In this document: in pieces, positions 25,478 through 34,197 of the stretch
How the letters are laid out: each line of letters begins with the position of its first letter
Numbering within the stretch: position 1 is the stretch's first letter
Origin: a virus
Taxonomy: Duplodnaviria > Caudoviricetes
IMG/VR virus record: IMGVR_UViG_3300036825_000021
Location: 1 to 39,788 of that record
Strand: one strand, 5' to 3'
DNA: 39,788 nt
Position numbers and translations under genes: made by a program
Notes under the pieces: model-generated
Seen by the model: only the letters and a program-made list of their open reading frames with translations
Told to the model about the DNA's origin: nothing
The model's database searches: none

Positions 25478-26485
25478 TTATTCTCCGGATGCAGATAATA
25501 GTTTGATGATCTTTCGTGCTCGAGTCAGCTCGGCAATACTTCGGTCAAGCAGTTGCGTCTCGCTGGCAGGTTCAGCTGGCTCTACACGAACGTGAACACG
25601 AAGCAATTCACTCAGCCGATCATTCTCCGACATCAGTTCATCACGTTCTGAGATCATCCGGTTAATCTCATCCCGAAGCCGATCATTTTCCTCAGTGGTT
25701 TGAACAAGTTCATCCTCAGCTGTATGCCGTGCAGATGTCCCTTTTTGTAAATTTGCCTTCATCCGTTCAATTTTAGCTGTGGACTCCTCGGCAGCCTTAT
25801 CAGCTAGTTCCGCCGCTTCAGCAGCCCGAGCTTTCCAGTGCTTCACCTCACCGCGAAGTTTTATCAACTCGACCTCAGTAGAATCTAATCGGCGTTGCAG
25901 TACCCCCTTGACTTCATCCTTCGCTGTTACTTCAAGCGTTAGGCGCTCAATCTCCACCACGGCCTTGTTCAACTGTTCTAAATCCGTAGATGGTCGTTGC
26001 TCTGACGCAAGGACCTCCTTTTCGCGAAGCAGTTGGGTTTTGTCAGGTTCAGTAGAATAGCCTGAAGTTTCGCCAAGCTGCGCAAGCATCTCTTTGGCTT
26101 TATCAGGTGTAACTCCTCGACAGTCCCAGTTCTTAACCCAGTTGTACAGCGTGTTGTACTTCATCCCCCAAGCCTTCTCGATGCTTGAAACCGTCTCACC
26201 AGCTGCAATCTGCTCTAAGAATAATCTTTTAGTTAGCCCACAGCTAGGCCCCTCTTTGCTAGTCCGTTGTCCTCCCATATCCTTGTACTCCTCCTTATTT
26301 TGGTGTCTTTGATCTGTTCGTGGATTATGTGCTATTGGCTTTTTAAAGTTCTTGTCCGCTTTGGTCGCCGGATACTTCTGCCTGATCTCCTCAAGCTCTT
26401 CAGGAGACAAGGTATATTCACGCGGTTTACTGGTGCCTCTCGAGCTGTATTCAGCCACTCGACTTGGTATAGGTGTATTGGCCAT
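25478..26485 (-). CDS. Hypothetical HTH + coiled-coil protein
   Basis: RBS AAGGAGG; SSIEKAWGMKYNTLYNWVK; long heptad-repeat region. Confidence 0.75.
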   Translation of the reverse strand: MANTPIPSRVAEYSSRGTSKPREYTLSPEELEEIRQKYPATKADKNFKKPIAHNPRTDQRHQNKEEYKDMGGQRTSKEGPSCGLTKRLFLEQIAAGETVSSIEKAWGMKYNTLYNWVKNWDCRGVTPDKAKEMLAQLGETSGYSTEPDKTQLLREKEVLASEQRPSTDLEQLNKAVVEIERLTLEVTAKDEVKGVLQRRLDSTEVELIKLRGEVKHWKARAAEAAELADKAAEESTAKIERMKANLQKGTSARHTAEDELVQTTEENDRLRDEINRMISERDELMSENDRLSELLRVHVRVEPAEPASETQLLDRSIAELTRARKIIKLLSASGE

Positions 26486-26651
26486 CCCTAACCCTCCTTT
26501 TCATTGCGGAAGTCGTACCCCACTTACGCTGCCGTTTCCTTAGTGGTGCTTCTGGGAGGATCGTGTAAACCTCACCAACCACCGTACCGTTATCATCTGT
26601 GATAATGTCCCAGGGGATCTCCTGAAAGTAGGGATCAAATCCCATTAACAT
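26451..26651 (-). CDS. Hypothetical protein, 66 aa
   Basis: ORF track; RBS-like GAGAGGG; co-oriented with the early operon. Confidence 0.55.
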   Translation of the reverse strand: MLMGFDPYFQEIPWDIITDDNGTVVGEVYTILPEAPLRKRQRKWGTTSAMKRRVRDGQYTYTKSSG

Positions 26652-26675
26652 CAGCCCTCTCTATTAATCTTGCAA

Positions 26676-26705
26676 TTGACAAAAGACGAGGCGACATTGT
26701 ATGTT
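26676..26705 (+). promoter_or_regulatory. SigA promoter TTGACA-18-TATGTT
   Basis: Upstream of a structured leader and a peptide ORF. Confidence 0.55.
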
Positions 26706-26811
26706 TATACCAATCTTTTAAGCTAGAACAGGGTAAGTAAATTAGTTTTTACTGGATCTAGTCTGGGCAGCCGAAAGGCTTAATCCGCCCGGCTTAAGGG
26801 AGGGTTGACTC

Positions 26812-26907
26812 ATGACGATTAAAACCTCTTGGTTTGAAATCAGAGTGAGTGACCAAGTGGCGTTGGGCTTACTCACACTAATCACCACCGTCGCGAGCCT
26901 CCATTAG
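26812..26907 (+). CDS. 31-aa peptide, type I toxin-like
   Basis: RBS GGGAGG; MTIKTSWFEIRVSDQVALGLLTLITTVASLH. Confidence 0.6.
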   Translation: MTIKTSWFEIRVSDQVALGLLTLITTVASLH

Positions 26908-26919
26908 GAGGCTTTTTTT
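26896..26919 (+). terminator. Intrinsic terminator overlapping the peptide stop codon
   Basis: AGCCTCC-ATTA-GGAGGCT followed by TTTTTT. Confidence 0.8.
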
Positions 26920-27214
26920 ATAGCTCCAATTGTTGTCTGTAGCAATTCCGGTAGTGGTCCACCAGTCCTTGCGCTTTAAGCTTTGCAAACTTCACACGGC
27001 ATACATGCTCCGTCTTACCCAATGCAAAGGATAAGGCACGAGCATCATCAACACCGTAAAATGTACATAGGTATTCCAAATCCTCCTGACTGAACGGCTT
27101 GCCATGATTCGGATGAAAATCCGGATGAAACTCCATTCTACCGCTGCCATCATAAGTAATGCCGTCTAGGGCGTCATCCCTATGCGGTTGAAGATCTCCG
27201 TATACACGAGCCAT
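26918..27214 (-). CDS. Hypothetical phage protein (Myb/HTH-like)
   Basis: HPDFHPNHGKPFSQEDLEYL...LSFALGKTE. Confidence 0.75.
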   Translation of the reverse strand: MARVYGDLQPHRDDALDGITYDGSGRMEFHPDFHPNHGKPFSQEDLEYLCTFYGVDDARALSFALGKTEHVCRVKFAKLKAQGLVDHYRNCYRQQLEL

Positions 27215-27217
27215 AAA

Positions 27218-27442
27218 TTACATCCCCTTCTGCTGCTTCTCGTAGACTTCTTCCAGCCACTCCGTCAGCATAATCATTTGCTTTATCACCAGTGGGTTGT
27301 CCTGATATTTCTGACACATCGCCCCGGATGAATCAGCGACCCATTGCCAAAAATCAGGGCTCTGCATACCATACTGAGTAGCTGCGGCGTTGACTTGCTG
27401 CGTCCACTGATAGACATCCCAGAATAACGCCTTGTAGTCCAT
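27218..27442 (-). CDS. Hypothetical phage protein, 74 aa
   Basis: Tightly packed in the operon; RBS GAGGAG. Confidence 0.75.
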   Translation of the reverse strand: MDYKALFWDVYQWTQQVNAAATQYGMQSPDFWQWVADSSGAMCQKYQDNPLVIKQMIMLTEWLEEVYEKQQKGM

Positions 27443-27445
27443 CAG

Positions 27446-27841
27446 CTACAACTCCTCGATTTTGATATAGATACCTGGAAGCGCAGCCCAGAACTTCTCG
27501 ACGATCTCAGAAGCAACGAGAGCATCGTCTTTCCAGAATCCACAATCGGTCATACAATCCTTGAGTAGCTTCTGCAGGTTGTCTGTATCTGGCCTCGTGT
27601 ACTTGTACTCTCCGTCTTGATGTTTGCCAGTAATCGGGAAGCACCACTTCACCGTCAACCGAATAGCTACTGTATATTTTCTTGCCGGCACATGTTGCCC
27701 AAGGTGAGCCATTAATTTCGCCCGCGCTGCCTTCAGCTCATCGGGCTCATAGAATACTGGCTTACCATTCACAACTGCCACCTGTTTCTGCTGGTGCGTG
27801 ACAGTAGGCGGAGATTTCATTGGCATGAAGAATTCAGTCAT
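27446..27841 (-). CDS. rusA: RusA-family Holliday junction resolvase
   Basis: RPDTDNLQKLLKD...FWKDDALV; RBS AGGAGG before ATG 27841. Confidence 0.9.
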   Translation of the reverse strand: MTEFFMPMKSPPTVTHQQKQVAVVNGKPVFYEPDELKAARAKLMAHLGQHVPARKYTVAIRLTVKWCFPITGKHQDGEYKYTRPDTDNLQKLLKDCMTDCGFWKDDALVASEIVEKFWAALPGIYIKIEEL

Positions 27842-27909
27842 CGTTTTCGCCTCCTGTTGTGATACCATTTTTCAATTTTTTATTTCGCGGCGGGTTTCAA
27901 ATAAATTTA

Positions 27910-28124
27910 GGGGAAGGGGGAGGGGGATTTTTATACCCCCTCCCTTATTCCTTATATATTTATATAGTGGTCGCCGCCACAACTTGCGGCAATCATACAC
28001 GTATCAAATTCCCCGCAACTTTGTGCGGAATTGCGGCAATCATGTTTCGCAACTTGCGGCAATCATAAAATCATGATCATTGCAAGTTTTTGCGGTAACC
28101 ATAAAACCGTGATTTCCGCCGCAA
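27910..28124. repeat. Putative replication origin (iterons + GC-rich inverted repeat + AT tract)
   Basis: CAACTTGCGGCAATCAT at 27980-27996 and 28050-28066, with variants at 28029-28043 and 28090-28102. GGGAGGGGG...CCCCCTCCC hairpin. Confidence 0.7.
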
Positions 28125-30371
28125 TTACTCATCTTCTTTTTTGATTATCCGGAACCCATTGGAGCGATCAATTTCATACCCAAACTTCTTAATCCAATCT
28201 CTCACAGTGCGCTCGGCTACCTCTTTACCAGTAGAGGAATACCACGCTATGACATCCAATACTGTAGGTGGTTCACCGAAATTACAGTTGTTCACAACTT
28301 CCTCAAATTCCTCTGCTTTACTCCGTCGCTGCTCTTTCGCCTTATCCTGACGCTTGCCTGTTGCTTTCTGCCAAGGTGGCTTTGAAGATTCCCCATCTGG
28401 ATCGATGTCCTTCAGGCTTCCTACATCGTCCACTTTATGGATCGGATACTGGAACCACATGTTAACTGGTTCAAACTTCGGATACTCCCGTAGCGTGCCT
28501 TCTACCCTCCAAGCTGAGCGGATACGAACACTCTTGACAGCCTGCTTGACGCCCTCCTGAGCGATTGCCAATTGACTAGGAATCGCACGTTTGGCGTGAT
28601 CTTCCATCTGTTTGGCACTAAGCAAGTCATCCTGGGAAACATGTTCCTGTAAGTAGCTTGGATTGTACTTCTCAAAGAGCTGCTGATACATAGCACAGAC
28701 AGCCTTATTCTCCTCTTGCATCAATAACGCTTCTGTCAGATCTAACTCTACTAAATCGATAAGCGCGTCTGGATCACGGGCAAATACGCCACTGCCTGAA
28801 GCTCTGTCCATCGACTTCTTACCGCCCTGCGAACCTTTGCTGTGATGATGACAGTAAATTACGCCTGCACCCAGTTCTGTTGCTATCTTGTCAAACTGAT
28901 TTGTAAAGTGAGCCATCTGATCCGCGCTATTTTCATCACCGGTTAACACCTTGTAAATAGGGTCAATGATAACAGCGATATAGTTCTTCTTAGCTGCACG
29001 CCGGATCAGTTTCGGGGCCAATTTATCCATAGGTACTGTCTTTCCACGCAAGTTCCAAATATCGATATTGCCGATATTTTTAGGCGACAACCCTAGCGCG
29101 TTATATACATTTTTGAAACGATCCAAGGCGCTAGCTCGATCAAGCTCCAGATTGACATACAGAACCTTGCCCTTCGTACATTGCCATGCCAGCCACTTAA
29201 TACCTTCAGCTATGGCTATGCTGAGTTCAATCAAGGCAAATGACTTACCTGCCTTTGACGGTCCTGCCATGAGCATCTTATGTCCCTGTCGTAGCATTCC
29301 TTCTATTAAAGGCGGTGCCAGCGGCGGCATATTGTCCCAATAGTCCGCTAGGCTTTCCGGATCCGGAAGATCGTCATTAATACCTTCAATCCATTCATGC
29401 CATTCAGCCCAGCTCGCTTTACCAATGCTTGTATCCACAATGAACTGCTTCTTCTCATTACGCTCGATCCCAGGCATACGTGATAGCCGGGAAGGATTGC
29501 GGTTCTGATTGTCAACGGACAAGCCGTTCTTCTTGCAGACGGTGTAGAGGTAATCCACGCGTTTCCGGTACTCATCGTAGTTGGCTGCCTCTACCTTGAC
29601 GATGGCATGTAGGCTTTTACCTCCGCTGTATACTAGCACCGCGATCGGCAGCTCTAGCTCACGCATAACCGCATTTTGCTTTTCAATGTCCATTGTGTCG
29701 GATTCCACCAGGGCATACCGAAATTCAGTCACATTCTCATTCTTGACGCCCTTACCATCCAGTGGGTTGAACCGAATCCAAGCACCAGCTGCTGGATCGT
29801 AGTCACCAATAACAGAGCCGATATCACCACCACATTGATTAAGCAGTTGGATTAATTCGCCGGCTGTGCGATCCGATGCCCCTTTCGTTGGCAAATACTT
29901 GCCTTCATCGTTTTGCCAGGTATCTGTGACGTATCCAACATTCTCGGAAGCTTCAAACAAAGCGCTTAAATACGTTGTTAGTTGCTGTACTGGATTCCAA
30001 TCAGCCGGCTCGTGGATCTCTTTACCTTCTATCCAATTCTTATCGATAACAACGTAATCGCCGCCGGCAATTTCATCGTCCCAATCCAGTTCCCGATCAT
30101 TTGCAGACCGTGGCAGCCATCCGTTATCCTTGGCCAACTGCGTAATGGTCGCGCCGGTGACTGGGTTACCGGTTCCTTCGAATGTCGTCCACTTCTTGAA
30201 GCACTCACCTGGATGGTAGCGCCCACCGTCCCGCCGGCTCCACTCGTCCCAGTCGCTGGCCGTGTAACCTTCATATTTTAGTGCCATGCCGACATTGACC
30301 CATTCCTGGTAATTCAAAAAGGATGGATCGATGTAGGCCAACAATGCTATGAGGTCAAGTTTGTGTTCCAT
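28125..30371 (-). CDS. Primase-helicase (PriCT-2 + primase + RepA-type AAA helicase)
   Basis: YQEWVNVGMALK, YSGGKSLHA, GPSKAGKS and IIDP motifs; RBS GAGGGAG before ATG 30371. Confidence 0.9.
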   Translation of the reverse strand: MEHKLDLIALLAYIDPSFLNYQEWVNVGMALKYEGYTASDWDEWSRRDGGRYHPGECFKKWTTFEGTGNPVTGATITQLAKDNGWLPRSANDRELDWDDEIAGGDYVVIDKNWIEGKEIHEPADWNPVQQLTTYLSALFEASENVGYVTDTWQNDEGKYLPTKGASDRTAGELIQLLNQCGGDIGSVIGDYDPAAGAWIRFNPLDGKGVKNENVTEFRYALVESDTMDIEKQNAVMRELELPIAVLVYSGGKSLHAIVKVEAANYDEYRKRVDYLYTVCKKNGLSVDNQNRNPSRLSRMPGIERNEKKQFIVDTSIGKASWAEWHEWIEGINDDLPDPESLADYWDNMPPLAPPLIEGMLRQGHKMLMAGPSKAGKSFALIELSIAIAEGIKWLAWQCTKGKVLYVNLELDRASALDRFKNVYNALGLSPKNIGNIDIWNLRGKTVPMDKLAPKLIRRAAKKNYIAVIIDPIYKVLTGDENSADQMAHFTNQFDKIATELGAGVIYCHHHSKGSQGGKKSMDRASGSGVFARDPDALIDLVELDLTEALLMQEENKAVCAMYQQLFEKYNPSYLQEHVSQDDLLSAKQMEDHAKRAIPSQLAIAQEGVKQAVKSVRIRSAWRVEGTLREYPKFEPVNMWFQYPIHKVDDVGSLKDIDPDGESSKPPWQKATGKRQDKAKEQRRSKAEEFEEVVNNCNFGEPPTVLDVIAWYSSTGKEVAERTVRDWIKKFGYEIDRSNGFRIIKKEDE

Positions 30372-30469
30372 GTTCCTCATCTCCCTCAAATCCAAAAGAT
30401 TATATTTTGTAATAATTTTCACCTTTAGAGTATATATATCGATTAAATGATTGAATTGGAGGTTATTTG

Positions 30470-30832
30470 ATGGCAAGTCTTTCGCAAGTTGTGGACTGGG
30501 CTCGTTGGTATAATACAGACCCCAGACGAATTGATGAACTTCTTCAGAATCCGCACAGAGTTCCAATAGAGTTCCCACCAGGAACTAGGCCAATATCATT
30601 TATCGTTGCAACGCCGTCTGAAGTTCTTGCTTGTAAAAACCAATGGTCACTTGCAATCATTACTGTCCCACCAGCTGGAGGAAATAAAGCAGTTGCTATG
30701 ATGACAGGAAGTCTTAATAATCCTGGAAAAACCCTTACGTATGCATCAATTGTTTTGCCCGAATCTCCTACAGATGAGGCTGTAGGTTGGTTTCCACTCT
30801 CTAACATTATTTTCTTAAATCCTTGTCCTTGA
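30470..30832 (+). CDS. Orphan moron protein, 120 aa
   Basis: RBS GGAGGT; antisense insertion between the helicase and primase genes, with AT-rich flanks. Confidence 0.7.
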   Translation: MASLSQVVDWARWYNTDPRRIDELLQNPHRVPIEFPPGTRPISFIVATPSEVLACKNQWSLAIITVPPAGGNKAVAMMTGSLNNPGKTLTYASIVLPESPTDEAVGWFPLSNIIFLNPCP

Positions 30833-30946
30833 ATTATTATTTGATAAAACGAGTAATGCAGCTTACCAAATTGATTGGATTATTTCTAAAAGTCTTCCTT
30901 AGACGTTCGAGCCTTGAGTATCTAAGCTTGCACAAGAGACAACGAA

Positions 30947-32533
30947 TTACGCTTCACGATATGTTTTAGGGTCAACTCCTTCCGGAACACGCCAACCGTT
31001 TCCTGCGATGCGGTCAATGAGACGCTTAGCATTGTCAAAGGACCATGTACCCACGTGCTCGAAGCCGCGTTGCTCCAGGAATCGGATTTGCTTCGGAGTC
31101 GTCAGCCCTTCTGTACGTCGTTTATCCAGACGTTCTAGCAGCTTTGTTGCCTTGCCGGCATTCTCAATTTGATCGGGAAGTATGCCCAGCTTTTCCAGCG
31201 TCTGGATTTGTGCTTCACTTGGTGGCGACATTTCCCATCCAAAGGACGGTACATAGCTTGATAAGTCTTCAGCCTGGATACTCATTTCAAATTGTAGCGG
31301 ATCGACCAGTTTAGCCTTCCGGCGTTTCATTTCATTCAGCATTTTGGCCAAAGCTTCCTCACGCTGAGCAATTACATCTTCAGTCGCCTGCTTCTCGACC
31401 GTCTCCAGATCAAGCGCAATGCCTGCCTCCTCAATCTGTTTGGTCATGGCCTGAGCCACTTCTTCATTTTCAGCGATCAAATGTGCAGGATGACAAAGCT
31501 CATGCCGTTCTGTATGCCACAGGAAGTCAAGCAAAAGCAGATCCTCTTTCCCTGGAAACAATCGGGTACCTCGCCCGACCATCTGGCTATATAAACTTCG
31601 AACCTTAGTTGGTCGCAAAACTACAATGCAATCTACACTGGGACAGTCCCAGCCTTCCGTGAGAAGCATCGAATTGCATAGGACGTTGTATTTTCCAACA
31701 TCATAATCAGCCAGTATCTCTGCCCGATCCTTCGATTCTCCATTAACCTCTGCAGCCTTAAAGCCGATTGCATTTAGTATAGAAGTGAATTTTTGACTGG
31801 TCTTAACCAATGGAAGAAATACGACAATCTTTCGGTCCTGAGCAACTCGCCACATTTCAGCGGCAATTGATTCCAAGTAAGGATCCAGCGCCGTTCCAAG
31901 GTCGCTACTCTTGAAATCCCCAGCCTGTTGACCTACTGTAGACAAGTCTAGCTTGAGTGGAATGGTCATAGCCTTGATCGGACTTAAGAATCCTTCTTTG
32001 ATCGCCTTCGGCAACGTATACTCATAAGCCAGAGACTCAAAGTAGCTACCTAGGTTCCGCATATCTCCACGGTCTGGTGTTGCAGTGACACCCAGAACAT
32101 TCGCTTCTTTGAAATAGGCCAGCACACGCTGGTAACTATCCGACAAACAATGGTGTGCTTCATCAATGATAATTGTGTCAAAATGGTTTGCAGCAAATTG
32201 CCGTAACCTTTTATCCCGCATAAGTGTCTGGACGCTGCCGACAACAACCCGAAACCAACTTCCGATTGAAGTTTGCTCGGCTTTCTCCGTGGCACAGCCC
32301 AATCCAGTAGACTTTGACAGCTTATCAGCTGCCTGATCCAGCAGCTCTCCACGGTGTGCCAGAACGAGCACACGCTCGCCCAGCCTTACCCGGTCTTCTA
32401 TTACCTTACTAAATACAATGGTCTTACCGCAGCCAGTCGGGAGAACCAGGAGCGTCCGTTGGACGCCCTTCTTCCACTCCGCCTGAATCGATTGGCGGGA
32501 TTCTTGTTGATATTGTCTGAGCTCCATAGCCAT
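30947..32533 (-). CDS. SF2 DEAH helicase
   Basis: PTGCGKT, DEAHH, TATP and QMVGRGTR motifs. Confidence 0.95.
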   Translation of the reverse strand: MAMELRQYQQESRQSIQAEWKKGVQRTLLVLPTGCGKTIVFSKVIEDRVRLGERVLVLAHRGELLDQAADKLSKSTGLGCATEKAEQTSIGSWFRVVVGSVQTLMRDKRLRQFAANHFDTIIIDEAHHCLSDSYQRVLAYFKEANVLGVTATPDRGDMRNLGSYFESLAYEYTLPKAIKEGFLSPIKAMTIPLKLDLSTVGQQAGDFKSSDLGTALDPYLESIAAEMWRVAQDRKIVVFLPLVKTSQKFTSILNAIGFKAAEVNGESKDRAEILADYDVGKYNVLCNSMLLTEGWDCPSVDCIVVLRPTKVRSLYSQMVGRGTRLFPGKEDLLLLDFLWHTERHELCHPAHLIAENEEVAQAMTKQIEEAGIALDLETVEKQATEDVIAQREEALAKMLNEMKRRKAKLVDPLQFEMSIQAEDLSSYVPSFGWEMSPPSEAQIQTLEKLGILPDQIENAGKATKLLERLDKRRTEGLTTPKQIRFLEQRGFEHVGTWSFDNAKRLIDRIAGNGWRVPEGVDPKTYREA

Positions 32534-32545
32534 AGCAGCCAGCCC

Positions 32546-33097
32546 CTAAAACTGCCCAGTTTGCCAGCCTCCACCTTGTGGAGGAGGAGAGCTTGGAAAC
32601 GGTGCCTGTTGATGTTGTGGTTGTTGATACTGTTGCGGTTGTTGATATTGCTGAGGCGGCTGTCCTGCAGGAAGCTCATCAGCGGCATAGAAGGTTTTAA
32701 CCTGATTGTTAGTCCGGTCTTCTCCGTCTCTACCTCGGAACTTGTTGATCTCCAGCTTTAGTCGCCCCTTGGATCCGATAACCGTCTGCCAGTTCATTTT
32801 CAGCTTTTCACCTTTCCGTTTCTGCCCAATGCCGGCGAAGAAGTTGGACAGCAACCCCTCCGTTTTGGTGTGCAGGAATAGATTATGAAATATCACGACG
32901 TCTCCTTGATCTGAATGCACAGTCAGTTCAATCTTTGCCTGATTGCAAGCTGGCATTTTCTCACTGCCGTTAAAGCGACCACGCTCAAACTTCGTTACCG
33001 TGAAATTGTAATCACCTGCAGGTAGAACGATAAAGTCCACCCCGTCTTTTTCAATTGTGTCGTCCCAACCCAGTTCACGCTCATTATTTTGATTCAT
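32546..33097 (-). CDS. Phage single-stranded DNA-binding protein
   Basis: LPAGDYNFTV OB-fold-like region; Q/P-rich tail ending in F; next to Sak4. Confidence 0.75.
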   Translation of the reverse strand: MNQNNERELGWDDTIEKDGVDFIVLPAGDYNFTVTKFERGRFNGSEKMPACNQAKIELTVHSDQGDVVIFHNLFLHTKTEGLLSNFFAGIGQKRKGEKLKMNWQTVIGSKGRLKLEINKFRGRDGEDRTNNQVKTFYAADELPAGQPPQQYQQPQQYQQPQHQQAPFPSSPPPQGGGWQTGQF

Positions 33098-33120
33098 TTA
33101 TGATTCCTCCTGTTGTTTAG

Positions 33121-34197
33121 TTAAAATGGAATTTTATCTCTAGTATCTTGAATCACGCTGAACACCGACTGCCAAGCCCCCACCAGTACACCAGCCACGA
33201 ATCCAGGATCATAATTAGCGATAGGTGTGTCATATGGGTAATAGCCCTTGTTACTCACCACAATCTGAATTTCAGCCTCTGTTACCTGGTGTTGCATCAT
33301 CAGATCACGAAGCGATTGCGGAATATTAGGATTCAGTGCCTGTTGCTGAGTGTTTGGGTGTGAAGTTGTAGCAGATGATGCTGGTGGAGCTGGCGGCGTC
33401 TGTACTGCCGGAGTAATCGTTGGTGGTGGTGTCGTCGGTTGTTGGACAGCCGCTGAAACAGCAGGCTGAGCAGATCCACTAAAGATATGAGCAATATAGC
33501 CATAGTCCAATGGGAACTCGTCAGGCAGGCCATGGCGATTCTTCGCATCCCAGGCAGGATGATGTGTAGCGTAGACTGTACGAACTCCGCCTTGACCCTT
33601 ATGCTTGGTACCCTTCGCGTCTGCCGCCACTGAGAATGTTTTATAATTAATAAACAGGACCATATCCGCCCATTCCTTGACGAGAGGAGCTGTCTGGGAA
33701 CTGGTCTTCTTGCCCAGCTTGAGCTGATATCGGTCATAGGCCCCCATTTCATCCGGTTGCTCAAACTTAATGATCTGCGCATGAGCATTCAGGACAACAT
33801 GAATGCCAGCATCGATAACATCGCTCAAAAGGTTCAGAAAACGGCCAAGTTCCTCTTTGACGTACACATAGCCGTTACCGTACCCAAAGTCCTCAACTCC
33901 ATTTTTGCTATGTTGAGCACAGACGCTATCGATACAAAGCATTTCCGCCCAGTCAATCGTGTCAATTACAAGCGTCCCAAATTGTCTCTCAGACTTCACC
34001 CATGCCACTTGTTGCTTCAGCATGGTCCAACTCGTAGGTTTAGCTAGACGGTTTACGTTCATTTCCGTGGTAGAACCTTCCGTATCGATAAAAACGGGAT
34101 TCGGAAAATTCGCCGCCAAAGAGGATTTGCCCACCCCTTCCGGTCCATAGATAACCACTTTTTGCGCCTTTTCAAGCTTTCCACTAATGATCTGCAT
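33121..34197 (-). CDS. Sak4-like AAA recombinase
   Basis: YGPEGVGKS, IDTEGS, IDTIDW and AKNR motifs; C-terminal DKIPF. Confidence 0.88.
   Translation of the reverse strand: MQIISGKLEKAQKVVIYGPEGVGKSSLAANFPNPVFIDTEGSTTEMNVNRLAKPTSWTMLKQQVAWVKSERQFGTLVIDTIDWAEMLCIDSVCAQHSKNGVEDFGYGNGYVYVKEELGRFLNLLSDVIDAGIHVVLNAHAQIIKFEQPDEMGAYDRYQLKLGKKTSSQTAPLVKEWADMVLFINYKTFSVAADAKGTKHKGQGGVRTVYATHHPAWDAKNRHGLPDEFPLDYGYIAHIFSGSAQPAVSAAVQQPTTPPPTITPAVQTPPAPPASSATTSHPNTQQQALNPNIPQSLRDLMMQHQVTEAEIQIVVSNKGYYPYDTPIANYDPGFVAGVLVGAWQSVFSVIQDTRDKIPF

Noticed and set aside
27980-28102. Mini CRISPR array
   Set aside because: The repeats are 13-17 bp with irregular spacing and inverted copies, and no cas genes are present. 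An origin fits better.
30372-30578. 69-aa N-terminal extension of the primase-helicase
   Set aside because: It overlaps the antisense moron; the RBS and domain start support ATG 30371.
32600-32660. QQYQQP tandem repeats
   Set aside because: Ordinary low-complexity SSB linker.
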